A DNA stretch of 24,326 nt from a virus (taxonomy: Duplodnaviria; Caudoviricetes): IMG/VR virus record IMGVR_UViG_3300020042_004847, positions 1 to 24,326 of that record; one strand, 5' to 3'. How positions within the stretch are numbered: position 1 is the stretch's first letter; every line of letters begins with the position of its first letter. The notes beneath the pieces were generated by a model that did no database searches, had not been told where the DNA came from, and saw nothing but the letters and a program-made list of their open reading frames with translations. Shown piece after piece: positions 14,180 through 22,128 of the stretch. The translations under genes were made by a program, and so were the position numbers.

Positions 14180-14202
14180 ATGGGATAACATAGGAGGTCA
14201 TT

Positions 14203-14460
14203 ATGTGCTTTGGTCCAAGTGCCGCCGAAAAAAAGGCAGCTAAGAAATCGCAAGAGCAACAAGCAAATCTATCGGCACAACAGCGAGCGGCTGCTGAAGC
14301 CGCAGCCCGTGAAGAAGCTGATCGTCGCGCTGAAGCTAAGGCTGAAGATATTTCAGAAGCAATTAGCGCAACAGATGTTCGTCGCGGTATGCAGGGCGGA
14401 ACGGGCCGCCGTTCTTTATTCTCTGCATCTGGCGGCGGCTTCTTAGGTAGGTTCTCATAA
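14203..14460 (+). CDS. Small MCF-start virion protein upstream of portal (T7 gp6.7/7.3-like position)
   Basis: SD AGGAGG, MCFGPS start, Ala/Glu/Arg helix and GRRSLF motif. TAATG coupling to the portal. Confidence 0.8.
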   Translation: MCFGPSAAEKKAAKKSQEQQANLSAQQRAAAEAAAREEADRRAEAKAEDISEAISATDVRRGMQGGTGRRSLFSASGGGFLGRFS

Positions 14461-16010
14461 TGAAAGACCCATTGGCAAAGAAGTATCTTGAGCGATATAT
14501 CAAGGCTAAGGCTTTTCGGGAGAACTGGGTTCCCCTGTTTGAAGAGTGCTATGAATATGCCTTGCCTCAGCGCGAATCATTTTACTATGAAGAAGCGGGC
14601 CAGCGTCGAGACGATAAGATCTTTGATGAGACTGCTGTCGTTGGGGTTCAGGAGTTTGCCAGCCGACTTCAGAGCGGGCTTGTTCCAAACTTTGCTCGTT
14701 GGGCCGATCTTGTTTCTGGCAGTGAGGTTCCCAAAGATCAGCGTGAGGCCGTAGATAAAGATCTTGATGAGGTTACTGAGTATGTCTTTGAGATACTTCA
14801 GTCTTCTAACTTCAATCAAGAAGTCCACGAATCATTCATGGATCTAGCGGTTGGCACTGGCGTTCTTGCTGTTGAAGAAGGCAATGCCCTTAATCCTGTG
14901 GTCTTCTCAGCGATCCCGTTGCCTCATGTTGTTCTTGATACTGGGCCAGATGATCGCATCGATCATGTGTTTCGCGAGAGAAAGAAGATTCGATTTACTG
15001 ATTTAAAGATCCTGTATCCAAGAGGAACCTTTGATGACAAGGTTAATCGGCGCATGAATGGAGATGATACCACAACTGTTTTGGAAGTGGTTTGTCGTGA
15101 TTACGAACTTATCAATGAAGAAGGCTACTATCACTATGCAATCTGCATGGAGACTGAAACTGTTCTTTACAAGAAACAGATGAAGGGCGTGGGGTCTAAC
15201 CCATTTATTTGCTTTCGCTGGTCAAAGTGCGCTGGGGAAGTCTATGGTCGCGGCCCACTTTTAAACGCGCTGTCTGCCATCAAGACTACTAACCTAACCA
15301 TAGAACTTGTGCTTGAGAACGCGCAGATGTCTATCAGTGGCATCTATCAGATGGAAGATGATGGTGTGATTAACCCAGACACTATTCGCTTAGTGCCTGG
15401 AACTATCATCCCCAAAGCAATGGGAAGCCAAGGCTTGCAGCCGATCAATGCTGCTGGTCGCTTTGATGTTGCTCAACTTATCTTAAGCGATATGCGGCTT
15501 AACATTAAGCGGGCGCTTTACAATGATATGCTTGGGAACCCAGACAAGACCCCAGCCACAGCAACTGAAGTGGCTGAGCGTATGGCCGATCTGTCTCGTC
15601 GTATTGGGTCTGCATTTGGCCGTCTTCAGGCAGAATTAGTTCAGCCAGTTCTTCAGCGTGTGATCTATATCTTGAAGAAGCAGGGTCGTATTGAAGTGCC
15701 AACAGTAAATGGTCGTGAAGTAAAGGTTAGGTCTATCTCTCCGCTTGCCCAAGCCCAAGCAACTCAAGACATCTCAAGTGTTGCACGCTACCTGCAACTT
15801 GTTGGTGGAACCTTTGGCCCAGAGATGCTTCAGCTTTTGATCGATTCAGAAGCAACAGCAATTCACTTAGCTAAGAAGTTTGGCGTTCCAGACAGCTTGA
15901 TTCGCAGTGCAGATCAGCGTAAACAAATAGCTGCAATAGCGCAGCAAATGGCGCAACAGCAGCAACAGCAACAGCAAATGGGAGCGCAAGTTGGCGGTCA
16001 ACCAGTCTAG
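14460..16010 (+). CDS. Portal (head-to-tail connector), T7 gp8/BPP-1 type
   Basis: IFDETAV, DLAVGTG, RWSKCAGEVYGRGP, TATEVAER, GRLQAE and SPLAQAQ motifs. Gln-rich C-terminus. Confidence 0.95.
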   Translation: MKDPLAKKYLERYIKAKAFRENWVPLFEECYEYALPQRESFYYEEAGQRRDDKIFDETAVVGVQEFASRLQSGLVPNFARWADLVSGSEVPKDQREAVDKDLDEVTEYVFEILQSSNFNQEVHESFMDLAVGTGVLAVEEGNALNPVVFSAIPLPHVVLDTGPDDRIDHVFRERKKIRFTDLKILYPRGTFDDKVNRRMNGDDTTTVLEVVCRDYELINEEGYYHYAICMETETVLYKKQMKGVGSNPFICFRWSKCAGEVYGRGPLLNALSAIKTTNLTIELVLENAQMSISGIYQMEDDGVINPDTIRLVPGTIIPKAMGSQGLQPINAAGRFDVAQLILSDMRLNIKRALYNDMLGNPDKTPATATEVAERMADLSRRIGSAFGRLQAELVQPVLQRVIYILKKQGRIEVPTVNGREVKVRSISPLAQAQATQDISSVARYLQLVGGTFGPEMLQLLIDSEATAIHLAKKFGVPDSLIRSADQRKQIAAIAQQMAQQQQQQQQMGAQVGGQPV

Positions 16011-16257
16011 GATTAACATTGGGATTGACGGTATTCCGCGAGATCAAGCGGAAGACAAACAAGTTAGCGCGCATATGGCCGAAGTGTTTTCCTCTCCAGC
16101 AGGAAAGGAAACCTTGCGCTATCTTCGATCCATTACCATTGAATCGGTATGTGGGCCAAACATTAGCACTGAAGAATTACGTCACATTGAAGGGCAGCGG
16201 TATCTCGTTGGCCTTATTGAACGCCGTATCTCACACGCGCATAGGAGCAAACAATGA
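15991..16257 (+). CDS. Bbp19-like protein
   Basis: VFSSPAGKETLRYL...LRHIEGQRYLV, located between portal and scaffold. Confidence 0.8.
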   Translation: MAVNQSRINIGIDGIPRDQAEDKQVSAHMAEVFSSPAGKETLRYLRSITIESVCGPNISTEELRHIEGQRYLVGLIERRISHAHRSKQ

Positions 16258-17003
16258 ACGAATCTCTTCTAGGTCAAAGTGCTTCTGAGCCAACCACTCA
16301 GACAGCAACTGCACCAGCATCTACACCTGATGTAACAACTCAATCTACTGATTCTTCTCAGCGGCCAGAATGGCTTCCTGAGAAATACAAGTCTCCAGAA
16401 GAACTTGCCAAAGCCTACAAGGAATTGGAAAGTAAACTAGGAAACAAAGAAGATGACTATCGTAAGAAGATCATTGAAGAACTTCAAGCCGAAGCATTCA
16501 ATGATCGGCCAGCATCTTCTGGCGAATATCAATTACCAGACTTTGTAGATTCAGAAGAATCTGTAAACAGCGATCTTCTGAAGTGGTGGGCAGATCACTC
16601 CTTTGAAAATGGTTACTCTCAAGACGAGTTTGCAAAGGGCATTGAGATTTACAAAAACTCTATGCCACAAGGCCCAGACCTTGATGCTGAACGGGTTAAG
16701 CTTGGCGATGGCGCTAATCAACGCATTGATGCTGCATCGATGTTTGCTATAAAGTTCTTTCCAGAGAAGACCCTCCCTGCAATTGAGCGTCTTTGCGAAA
16801 GCGCAGAAGGCATCATGGCTTTGGAAGTCATTATGGAATCTATGAAAGATGGTTCGTTTGCTACTCAAGCAAATTCTTCTGGCGGATCAACAGAGGCAGA
16901 TCTTAGGGAAATGATGCGCGACGAGCGGTACTGGAATGCGGCCAAGCGCGATCCTGATTTTGTAAAGAAAATTGATGCGGGGTTCAAAAAGCTTTATGGG
17001 TGA
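16254..17003 (+). CDS. Capsid assembly scaffolding protein
   Basis: Low-complexity N-terminus, RPEWLPEKYKSPEELAKAYKELE, acidic helical body and MMRDERYW...DPDFVKK tail. Confidence 0.85.
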   Translation: MNESLLGQSASEPTTQTATAPASTPDVTTQSTDSSQRPEWLPEKYKSPEELAKAYKELESKLGNKEDDYRKKIIEELQAEAFNDRPASSGEYQLPDFVDSEESVNSDLLKWWADHSFENGYSQDEFAKGIEIYKNSMPQGPDLDAERVKLGDGANQRIDAASMFAIKFFPEKTLPAIERLCESAEGIMALEVIMESMKDGSFATQANSSGGSTEADLREMMRDERYWNAAKRDPDFVKKIDAGFKKLYG

Positions 17004-17514
17004 GATTCATATTCAAGAACGTGGCCTAACACTTGTCGATCTTGAAGAATCTCACATCAAACCATTTGTGGATAACATCAGTCCCGAAAGTGAAAGGGAG
17101 TTTAGGGAGTTCTACAATGTTTCCCTGACTGATGCCCTCATCAATGTTGTTAATGATCCGTTTGCCTTTACTGTCTTGAAGGATGGTCGCCCAGTAGCAA
17201 TCACTGGCGCGGCTATCTTTGCCGATCATGCGTTGGTTTGGGCGGTATTTAGCAAGGACTTGCGAAGACATTGGATCAGCTTTGCTAGGGCATCAATGAA
17301 GTTAATGCACTTCTATCATGGATTTCATGAAGAACTTCGATCTACAGTTTGGTCTGAGAATCACATGGTTCATCAATGGCTGTTGCATTTAGGATTCCTT
17401 CCAACAGATATTGCGTATGATTCAAAGAATAAACAATCATGTTTGCACTTTGTGCGTTGCGACAACGATACAAAATATGGTGATGGTTCTTTATCACGGC
17501 CCGTGCTGCACTGA
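16996..17514 (+). CDS. T7 gp13/DUF2833-like GNAT-fold protein
   Basis: DGRPVAITG...ALVWAVFS...FARAS...VWSENHMVHQWLLHLGF matches the gp13-type pattern (V...N......L..LGF). ATG at 16996 overlaps the scaffold stop. Confidence 0.7.
   Translation: MGEIHIQERGLTLVDLEESHIKPFVDNISPESEREFREFYNVSLTDALINVVNDPFAFTVLKDGRPVAITGAAIFADHALVWAVFSKDLRRHWISFARASMKLMHFYHGFHEELRSTVWSENHMVHQWLLHLGFLPTDIAYDSKNKQSCLHFVRCDNDTKYGDGSLSRPVLH
17450..17486 (+). promoter_or_regulatory. Putative late promoter for the capsid gene, embedded in the gp13-like gene
   Basis: TTGTGCGTTG motif with TGATGG at the same offset as TAATGG in the terS promoter, just 5' of the structured leader. Confidence 0.45.
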
Positions 17515-17561
17515 GAGGCCCGCAAGGACACCCTCGAAGAAGTGAGAAGGCGGACACCCGT
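17496..17561 (+). ncRNA. Structured cis-regulatory leader of the major capsid gene
   Basis: Long hairpin capped by a GCAA tetraloop with two identical internal loops (GGCCC opposite GGACACCC). Confidence 0.6.
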
Positions 17562-17590
17562 CCAACAGCAATCTCATATGGACCTTGAAA

Positions 17591-18400
17591 ATGTCAAACA
17601 CAATTGACCAAGCTTTTATTAAGCAATTCGAAACCGATGTTCACATGGCGTATCAGCGCATGGGTTCCAAGCTACGGAACACTGTCCGCACGTCCAATGT
17701 AAATGGTTCTTCTACTCGATTCCAAAAGATCGGTGCGGGTTCCGCAACGACCAAATCCCGCAATGGTAACGTGGCTCCGATGGAGTTGGCTCACACCTAC
17801 GTTGAAGCAACGATGGCTGACTACTATGCAGCTGAATACATCGACAAGCTGGACGAACTGAAGATCAACATCAACGAGCGTCAAGCTGTGGCTCAGTCGG
17901 CTGCTGCTGCCCTAGGTCGTAAGACCGACGAACTTTTGATCACAGCTATGGACGCTGGCGCAAACGCAACGCAAGTCAACTCGTCTGCCGCTGCTGTTGA
18001 AAAGGCCGATATGTTGACCCTGTTCGAACTTTTTGGAACTAATGATGTTCCTGAAGATGGACAGCGTTACATTGCTATGCACCCCAAGGGTTTTGCAGAT
18101 CTGTTCAACATCACCGAGTTTGCTTCCTCGGACTATGTTGGCCCACAGAATCTGCCATACGCTGGCGGCATGACGATGAAAGAGTTCTTGGGCTTCAAGA
18201 TCTTCTCAACTTCGGCGGTTACTGCTGGCAAGAACTTTGGCTATCACACCTCTGCTGTTGGCCTTGGCATCAACGCCGATGTTAGCACTGAAATAAACTA
18301 TGTGGCTGAGAAGGTCTCGCACCTTGCAACTTCGATGATGTCAATGGGTGCTATTGCTATCGATAGCAATGGTATCTACGAACTTCTCGACAACAACTAA
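17591..18400 (+). CDS. Major capsid protein
   Basis: TIDQAFIKQFETDVHMAYQRMGSKLR...YIDKLDELK...AALGRKTD...FLGFKI. Follows the scaffold and has highly biased codons. Confidence 0.9.
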   Translation: MSNTIDQAFIKQFETDVHMAYQRMGSKLRNTVRTSNVNGSSTRFQKIGAGSATTKSRNGNVAPMELAHTYVEATMADYYAAEYIDKLDELKININERQAVAQSAAAALGRKTDELLITAMDAGANATQVNSSAAAVEKADMLTLFELFGTNDVPEDGQRYIAMHPKGFADLFNITEFASSDYVGPQNLPYAGGMTMKEFLGFKIFSTSAVTAGKNFGYHTSAVGLGINADVSTEINYVAEKVSHLATSMMSMGAIAIDSNGIYELLDNN

Positions 18401-18412
18401 GGAGAAATAGAA

Positions 18413-18682
18413 ATGGCTTTTACTCCCGCTTCTCTAACTCGCCTTGCTGGTGCTTCGGGCGTTTCCCTGTGGCACTACTCCACGGCTGATTCTATCGCTA
18501 CTGTCAACACAGTTAGTTACTTTGATTCTGCCGCAAATATGCTTGGCCTTAACGATGTTATCATCACTGTAACCTCTACTGGCGGCACTCCTGTTGTGGG
18601 CCACACTTATGTTAACGCCAACTCTGGCACAGTTGTTGATATTGTTGATGGCGTTGCCATCACCAGCACTGACACTGACTAA
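18413..18682 (+). CDS. Small structural protein, probable capsid decoration protein
   Basis: Strong SD TAAGGAG directly after the MCP, Ala/Thr/Val/Ser-rich, co-expressed before the hairpin. Confidence 0.7.
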   Translation: MAFTPASLTRLAGASGVSLWHYSTADSIATVNTVSYFDSAANMLGLNDVIITVTSTGGTPVVGHTYVNANSGTVVDIVDGVAITSTDTD

Positions 18683-18684
18683 GA

Positions 18685-18718
18685 AAGGAGAGGGGGGTTT
18701 CGGCCCCCCTAACCCAAT
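18685..18718 (+). promoter_or_regulatory. GC-rich hairpin between SD and start codon of tail tube A (no U-tract)
   Basis: AAGGAG(18685-18690), AGGGGGGT-TTCG-GCCCCCCT(18691-18710), AACCCAAT, then ATG(18719). Confidence 0.65.
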
Positions 18719-19297
18719 ATGCCCGCAAATACAGCAATCAAGATTTGTTCTCGCGCCTCCGTCCTAATGGGCGGTTCACTTATTTCATCCTTTTCGGACG
18801 GAACTGTTGAGTCTGATGTATGCGATGCAATGTATGAAGACATTGCGCGGGCTTGCTTGACGAATACTCGCTGGCGTTTTGCAACGAATCAATCAGTCCT
18901 AAACCGAATTGCTACTGATCCAACTGGTCGCTTTGATGCTGCCTATCAGCTTCCCGCAACAATGCTGATGCTGAATGCAATTACTGTAAACGACTTTCCA
19001 ATTGAATATGACATCTATGGCGACAAGGCTTACTGCAATGCTGTCCCTGATGATGTTGTGATCGCTGACTTTATCTTCCGCGCTCTTGAATCAAACTGGC
19101 CCTCTTACTTTACGATTGCTGTGGAGTTTTCTATGGCTGCGATTCTATCCACTTCAGTTGCTAGAGATGCTTCTCTTGCTTCACTAATGGAGCAGAAAGC
19201 TAGTATGTACATGATGCAAGCGCGCCGTCTTGATTCTCAGCAACAGACCACTCGCAAGCTTAATACGTCGAGGTTCATTGCACAAAGGCGCAGCTAA
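18719..19297 (+). CDS. Tail tubular protein A (T7 gp11-like adaptor)
   Basis: ICSRASVLMGG..ISSF, WRFAT, AYQLP and WPSYF...LA motifs, in the expected position. Confidence 0.85.
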   Translation: MPANTAIKICSRASVLMGGSLISSFSDGTVESDVCDAMYEDIARACLTNTRWRFATNQSVLNRIATDPTGRFDAAYQLPATMLMLNAITVNDFPIEYDIYGDKAYCNAVPDDVVIADFIFRALESNWPSYFTIAVEFSMAAILSTSVARDASLASLMEQKASMYMMQARRLDSQQQTTRKLNTSRFIAQRRS

Positions 19298-21531
19298 TGC
19301 GGAAGATCAGAGTCCCTATTAACAGCTTCCAATATGGTGAAGTAAGCCGTTCTGCAATGATGCGGACTGATAGTCCAATCTACAATTCATCAGTCCAAAG
19401 CTTGAAGAACATGGTGATTACGGCTGAAGGCGCTGTTCTAAAGCGGCGCGGTATGAAGTTTCATGCTCGACTGTCTGGAATCACAAAGGATGATACTAAG
19501 ACATTTCAGTCTCATCTTGTTCAGTTTGTTTTCTCTGAAGACGAGCAATACATTATTTCGATTGAGAATGCGCAGGTCAGATGCTTTCGCATCTCTGGAT
19601 CAACTGTTACTCTCGTGTCAACGCTAACGCAGGACACAAACGCAAGCGCGCTTCCATTCGATGATGATTACTTACATCAATATACTGTTGCTCAGTATGG
19701 CGATGTTATGTTTATCTGCCATCCTTTGTTTATGCCAAGGATGCTAATCCGAACTGGATTAACTAGCTTTGAAATCACCCCTTATACTTTCGACGTTCGG
19801 GCGGACAATAAACAAATCTATCAACCATATGCTGCATTCCATCGGTCTTCTGTTACTCTAAATCCTTCGGCCAGCACTGGATCGGGCATAACCCTTGCGA
19901 CAAGCGTTGCTTATTTTGATACCACTGGCACTGTAACTGCTGGCAATTATCTAAGTTCTCTTCACGTTGGTGTAACGCTTCGTTATGTTGATACAGAAAT
20001 CACTATCACAAGTGTTCAGTCTTCAACTCAAGCAACTGGTAATATTGTCGGGACTCTTCGGCAGCGGCTTACTATCCTCAATCCCCTGCGCACCTCTGAT
20101 GGTTCGACTACAGTTGAGGTGACGCACATTAATCATGGCTTTGCTGGGGGCGAATCAATCACGGTTGAAGATGCGTCTGCTGTTGGCGGCATTAACGCAA
20201 ACCAGATTAATGGCAATAGAAGTATTGGCACGATCATTGATGCCAACACTTATACGATTACCGCTGGGGCTTCTGCAAACTCATCTGAAGATGGCGGTGG
20301 ATTAGTCAAGATCGTTACTCATGCGCCCACCGATCAGTGGAGTGAACAAGTGTTTTCCGCTCGCCGTGGCTATCCTGCTGCGGTTACGTTCCATGAGAGC
20401 CGACTTGTTTTTGGCGGGACAATCGATCAGCCAGATACAATTTGGTTTAGCCAAATCGGTGAATACTTTAACTTCGATATAGGGGATGCTACTGATTCAG
20501 ATTCGTTTGATATTGTAGCAGCAACTGGGGACGTAAACGAAATTCGTTATCTTGTTTCTAGTCGTGATTTACAGGTCTTCACTGACTCATCTGAGTTCTA
20601 TATCCCAGCATTTTTGAACCAAACAATTACACCGACCAATGCTCAGATCAAAAAGCAAACCCCTTATGGATCTGAGTTTGTCCCGCCTCATACATTTGAT
20701 GGCGGCACTTTGTTTATTCAAACGGGCGGCAATGTAATGCGCGAGTATCTTTATACAGATGCTGAAGATGCGTATGCTGCAACTGCAGTTTCCACTGTAG
20801 CGTCTCATCTTTTGGACAGCCCTATCGACATGGACATTGTTCATGGAGCCTTCGGTGAGGCTGAGTCCTATGCAATTGTTGTTAATGACTCTGGTTTTAT
20901 TTCCGTCTTTGGATCTAACCGCTCTGAAAAAAGGGCTGGTTGGGTTAAGTGGGAGTCTAGCCTTGGAGAGTTTGGAAGTGTGGTTGGCATTAATGACAGA
21001 CTGTTTGGGACTGTTTGGTCTGGCGCTTTTCTTCAACTCTGCGAGTTTACTGGCAGCGTTGGCTTAGACAATTATACATCTGGCGCTGGGCCTACAATCA
21101 GCATGACAAACATTTTTCCCAATGGGGCTACAGTTCATATCATTGGAGTATCAACAGCAAGTGGTGAGCAGGATTATCTTGGCACTGCGGTTGTTGCGAG
21201 TGCGTCTGTTAGTGTTGCTTCATTCACTGGTTACTCGACATTCTATATTGGAACTCCATTTAACATTGAAGTGAAGACTAATCCAATCGATGCAGACGTT
21301 CCTACTGGCCCTGTCACTGGTGACATTCGGTCAGTGTCTGCTGCCGTTCTTGATCTTCTTGACTGTCGTTCTGTAAGCGTCAATGGTCGCCCACTTGTCA
21401 CCACGGCTTCATTCACTGGCAAGAAGGAGTTTCGACTTAATGGGTATGGTCGCGATCCTCAGATTACAATCACTCAAGCCCATCCACTGCCGCTTCAAGT
21501 TAACGGCCTTATTGCGGAGTTGATAATCTAA
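19297..21531 (+). CDS. Tail tubular protein B (T7 gp12-like nozzle) with an inserted beta domain
   Basis: NSFQYGEVS, GAVLKRRG, AQYGDVMFICH, GYPAAVTFHESRLVFGG, IWFSQIGEYFNF and PLPLQVNG motifs. Confidence 0.9.
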   Translation: MRKIRVPINSFQYGEVSRSAMMRTDSPIYNSSVQSLKNMVITAEGAVLKRRGMKFHARLSGITKDDTKTFQSHLVQFVFSEDEQYIISIENAQVRCFRISGSTVTLVSTLTQDTNASALPFDDDYLHQYTVAQYGDVMFICHPLFMPRMLIRTGLTSFEITPYTFDVRADNKQIYQPYAAFHRSSVTLNPSASTGSGITLATSVAYFDTTGTVTAGNYLSSLHVGVTLRYVDTEITITSVQSSTQATGNIVGTLRQRLTILNPLRTSDGSTTVEVTHINHGFAGGESITVEDASAVGGINANQINGNRSIGTIIDANTYTITAGASANSSEDGGGLVKIVTHAPTDQWSEQVFSARRGYPAAVTFHESRLVFGGTIDQPDTIWFSQIGEYFNFDIGDATDSDSFDIVAATGDVNEIRYLVSSRDLQVFTDSSEFYIPAFLNQTITPTNAQIKKQTPYGSEFVPPHTFDGGTLFIQTGGNVMREYLYTDAEDAYAATAVSTVASHLLDSPIDMDIVHGAFGEAESYAIVVNDSGFISVFGSNRSEKRAGWVKWESSLGEFGSVVGINDRLFGTVWSGAFLQLCEFTGSVGLDNYTSGAGPTISMTNIFPNGATVHIIGVSTASGEQDYLGTAVVASASVSVASFTGYSTFYIGTPFNIEVKTNPIDADVPTGPVTGDIRSVSAAVLDLLDCRSVSVNGRPLVTTASFTGKKEFRLNGYGRDPQITITQAHPLPLQVNGLIAELII

Positions 21532-22118
21532 TGATCCAGTTTCTTATGCTTGCTGCAACGGCTGTCTCTGCTGGCGCTCAAATTGCTGGCGGCATTGGTG
21601 CATCAAAAACTGCGGCCTTCGACTCTTGGCAGACAGAGTTTCAAGGTCGGCTGAATGGTTTCAATATTGAAACAGAACGTCAACTCTATATGGCCGAAGC
21701 TTCTCAAACCAGCAATGACCGCTTGGAAATGTATCGACAAAATCTTTCGTCTAACATTGCTTCATTCGCTGCTTCTGGCCGTGATGTTGGCGGGCAAGAT
21801 CGTTCTGTGGCTAACTTCTTGCAGAAGCAGAAAGAGATTGCTGGAGAAGATATTAAGCGCGTTGCAACAATGGCTGATCTTAACTCTCGAAAGCTACAAG
21901 CTGAGTCTCTATCTGCTACTGCTGAAGGCGTTCAGCGCGCTGCTGCTATCAGGGCAGAGGGTCAGGCTCAAGCTATATCGTCTATGATTGGCGCATTCTC
22001 TACTGTTGCTGGTGGCTTGTATCAATATAATCAGATTGCTACACCCGTCTCTAGGCCCACCCTTGTATCAAGGGCAACTTCTCCGCCTCCGCCTCGACCT
22101 ACTTATTCCTTTCAATAA
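21531..22118 (+). CDS. Internal virion (ejection) protein, T7 gp14-like
   Basis: Hydrophobic Ala/Gly N-terminus, helical core, ASFAASG motif and a second hydrophobic stretch. Follows the nozzle gene. Confidence 0.75.
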   Translation: MIQFLMLAATAVSAGAQIAGGIGASKTAAFDSWQTEFQGRLNGFNIETERQLYMAEASQTSNDRLEMYRQNLSSNIASFAASGRDVGGQDRSVANFLQKQKEIAGEDIKRVATMADLNSRKLQAESLSATAEGVQRAAAIRAEGQAQAISSMIGAFSTVAGGLYQYNQIATPVSRPTLVSRATSPPPPRPTYSFQ

Positions 22119-22128
22119 GGCTTAATCA

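Noticed and set aside
15930-15945. Third CTGC-N6-GCAG palindrome
   Set aside because: It lies in Ala/Gln codons of the portal tail with no associated promoter, so it is probably incidental.
15941-15977. CAG/CAA repeat (poly-Gln)
   Set aside because: Ordinary low-complexity portal C-terminus.
17067-17075. Perfect DnaA box (TGTGGATAA)
   Set aside because: A single copy inside a coding region, compatible with chance in 24 kb.
18691-18710. Intrinsic terminator after the capsid genes
   Set aside because: No U-tract follows the stem. Reinterpreted as part of a split RBS, although pausing cannot be excluded.
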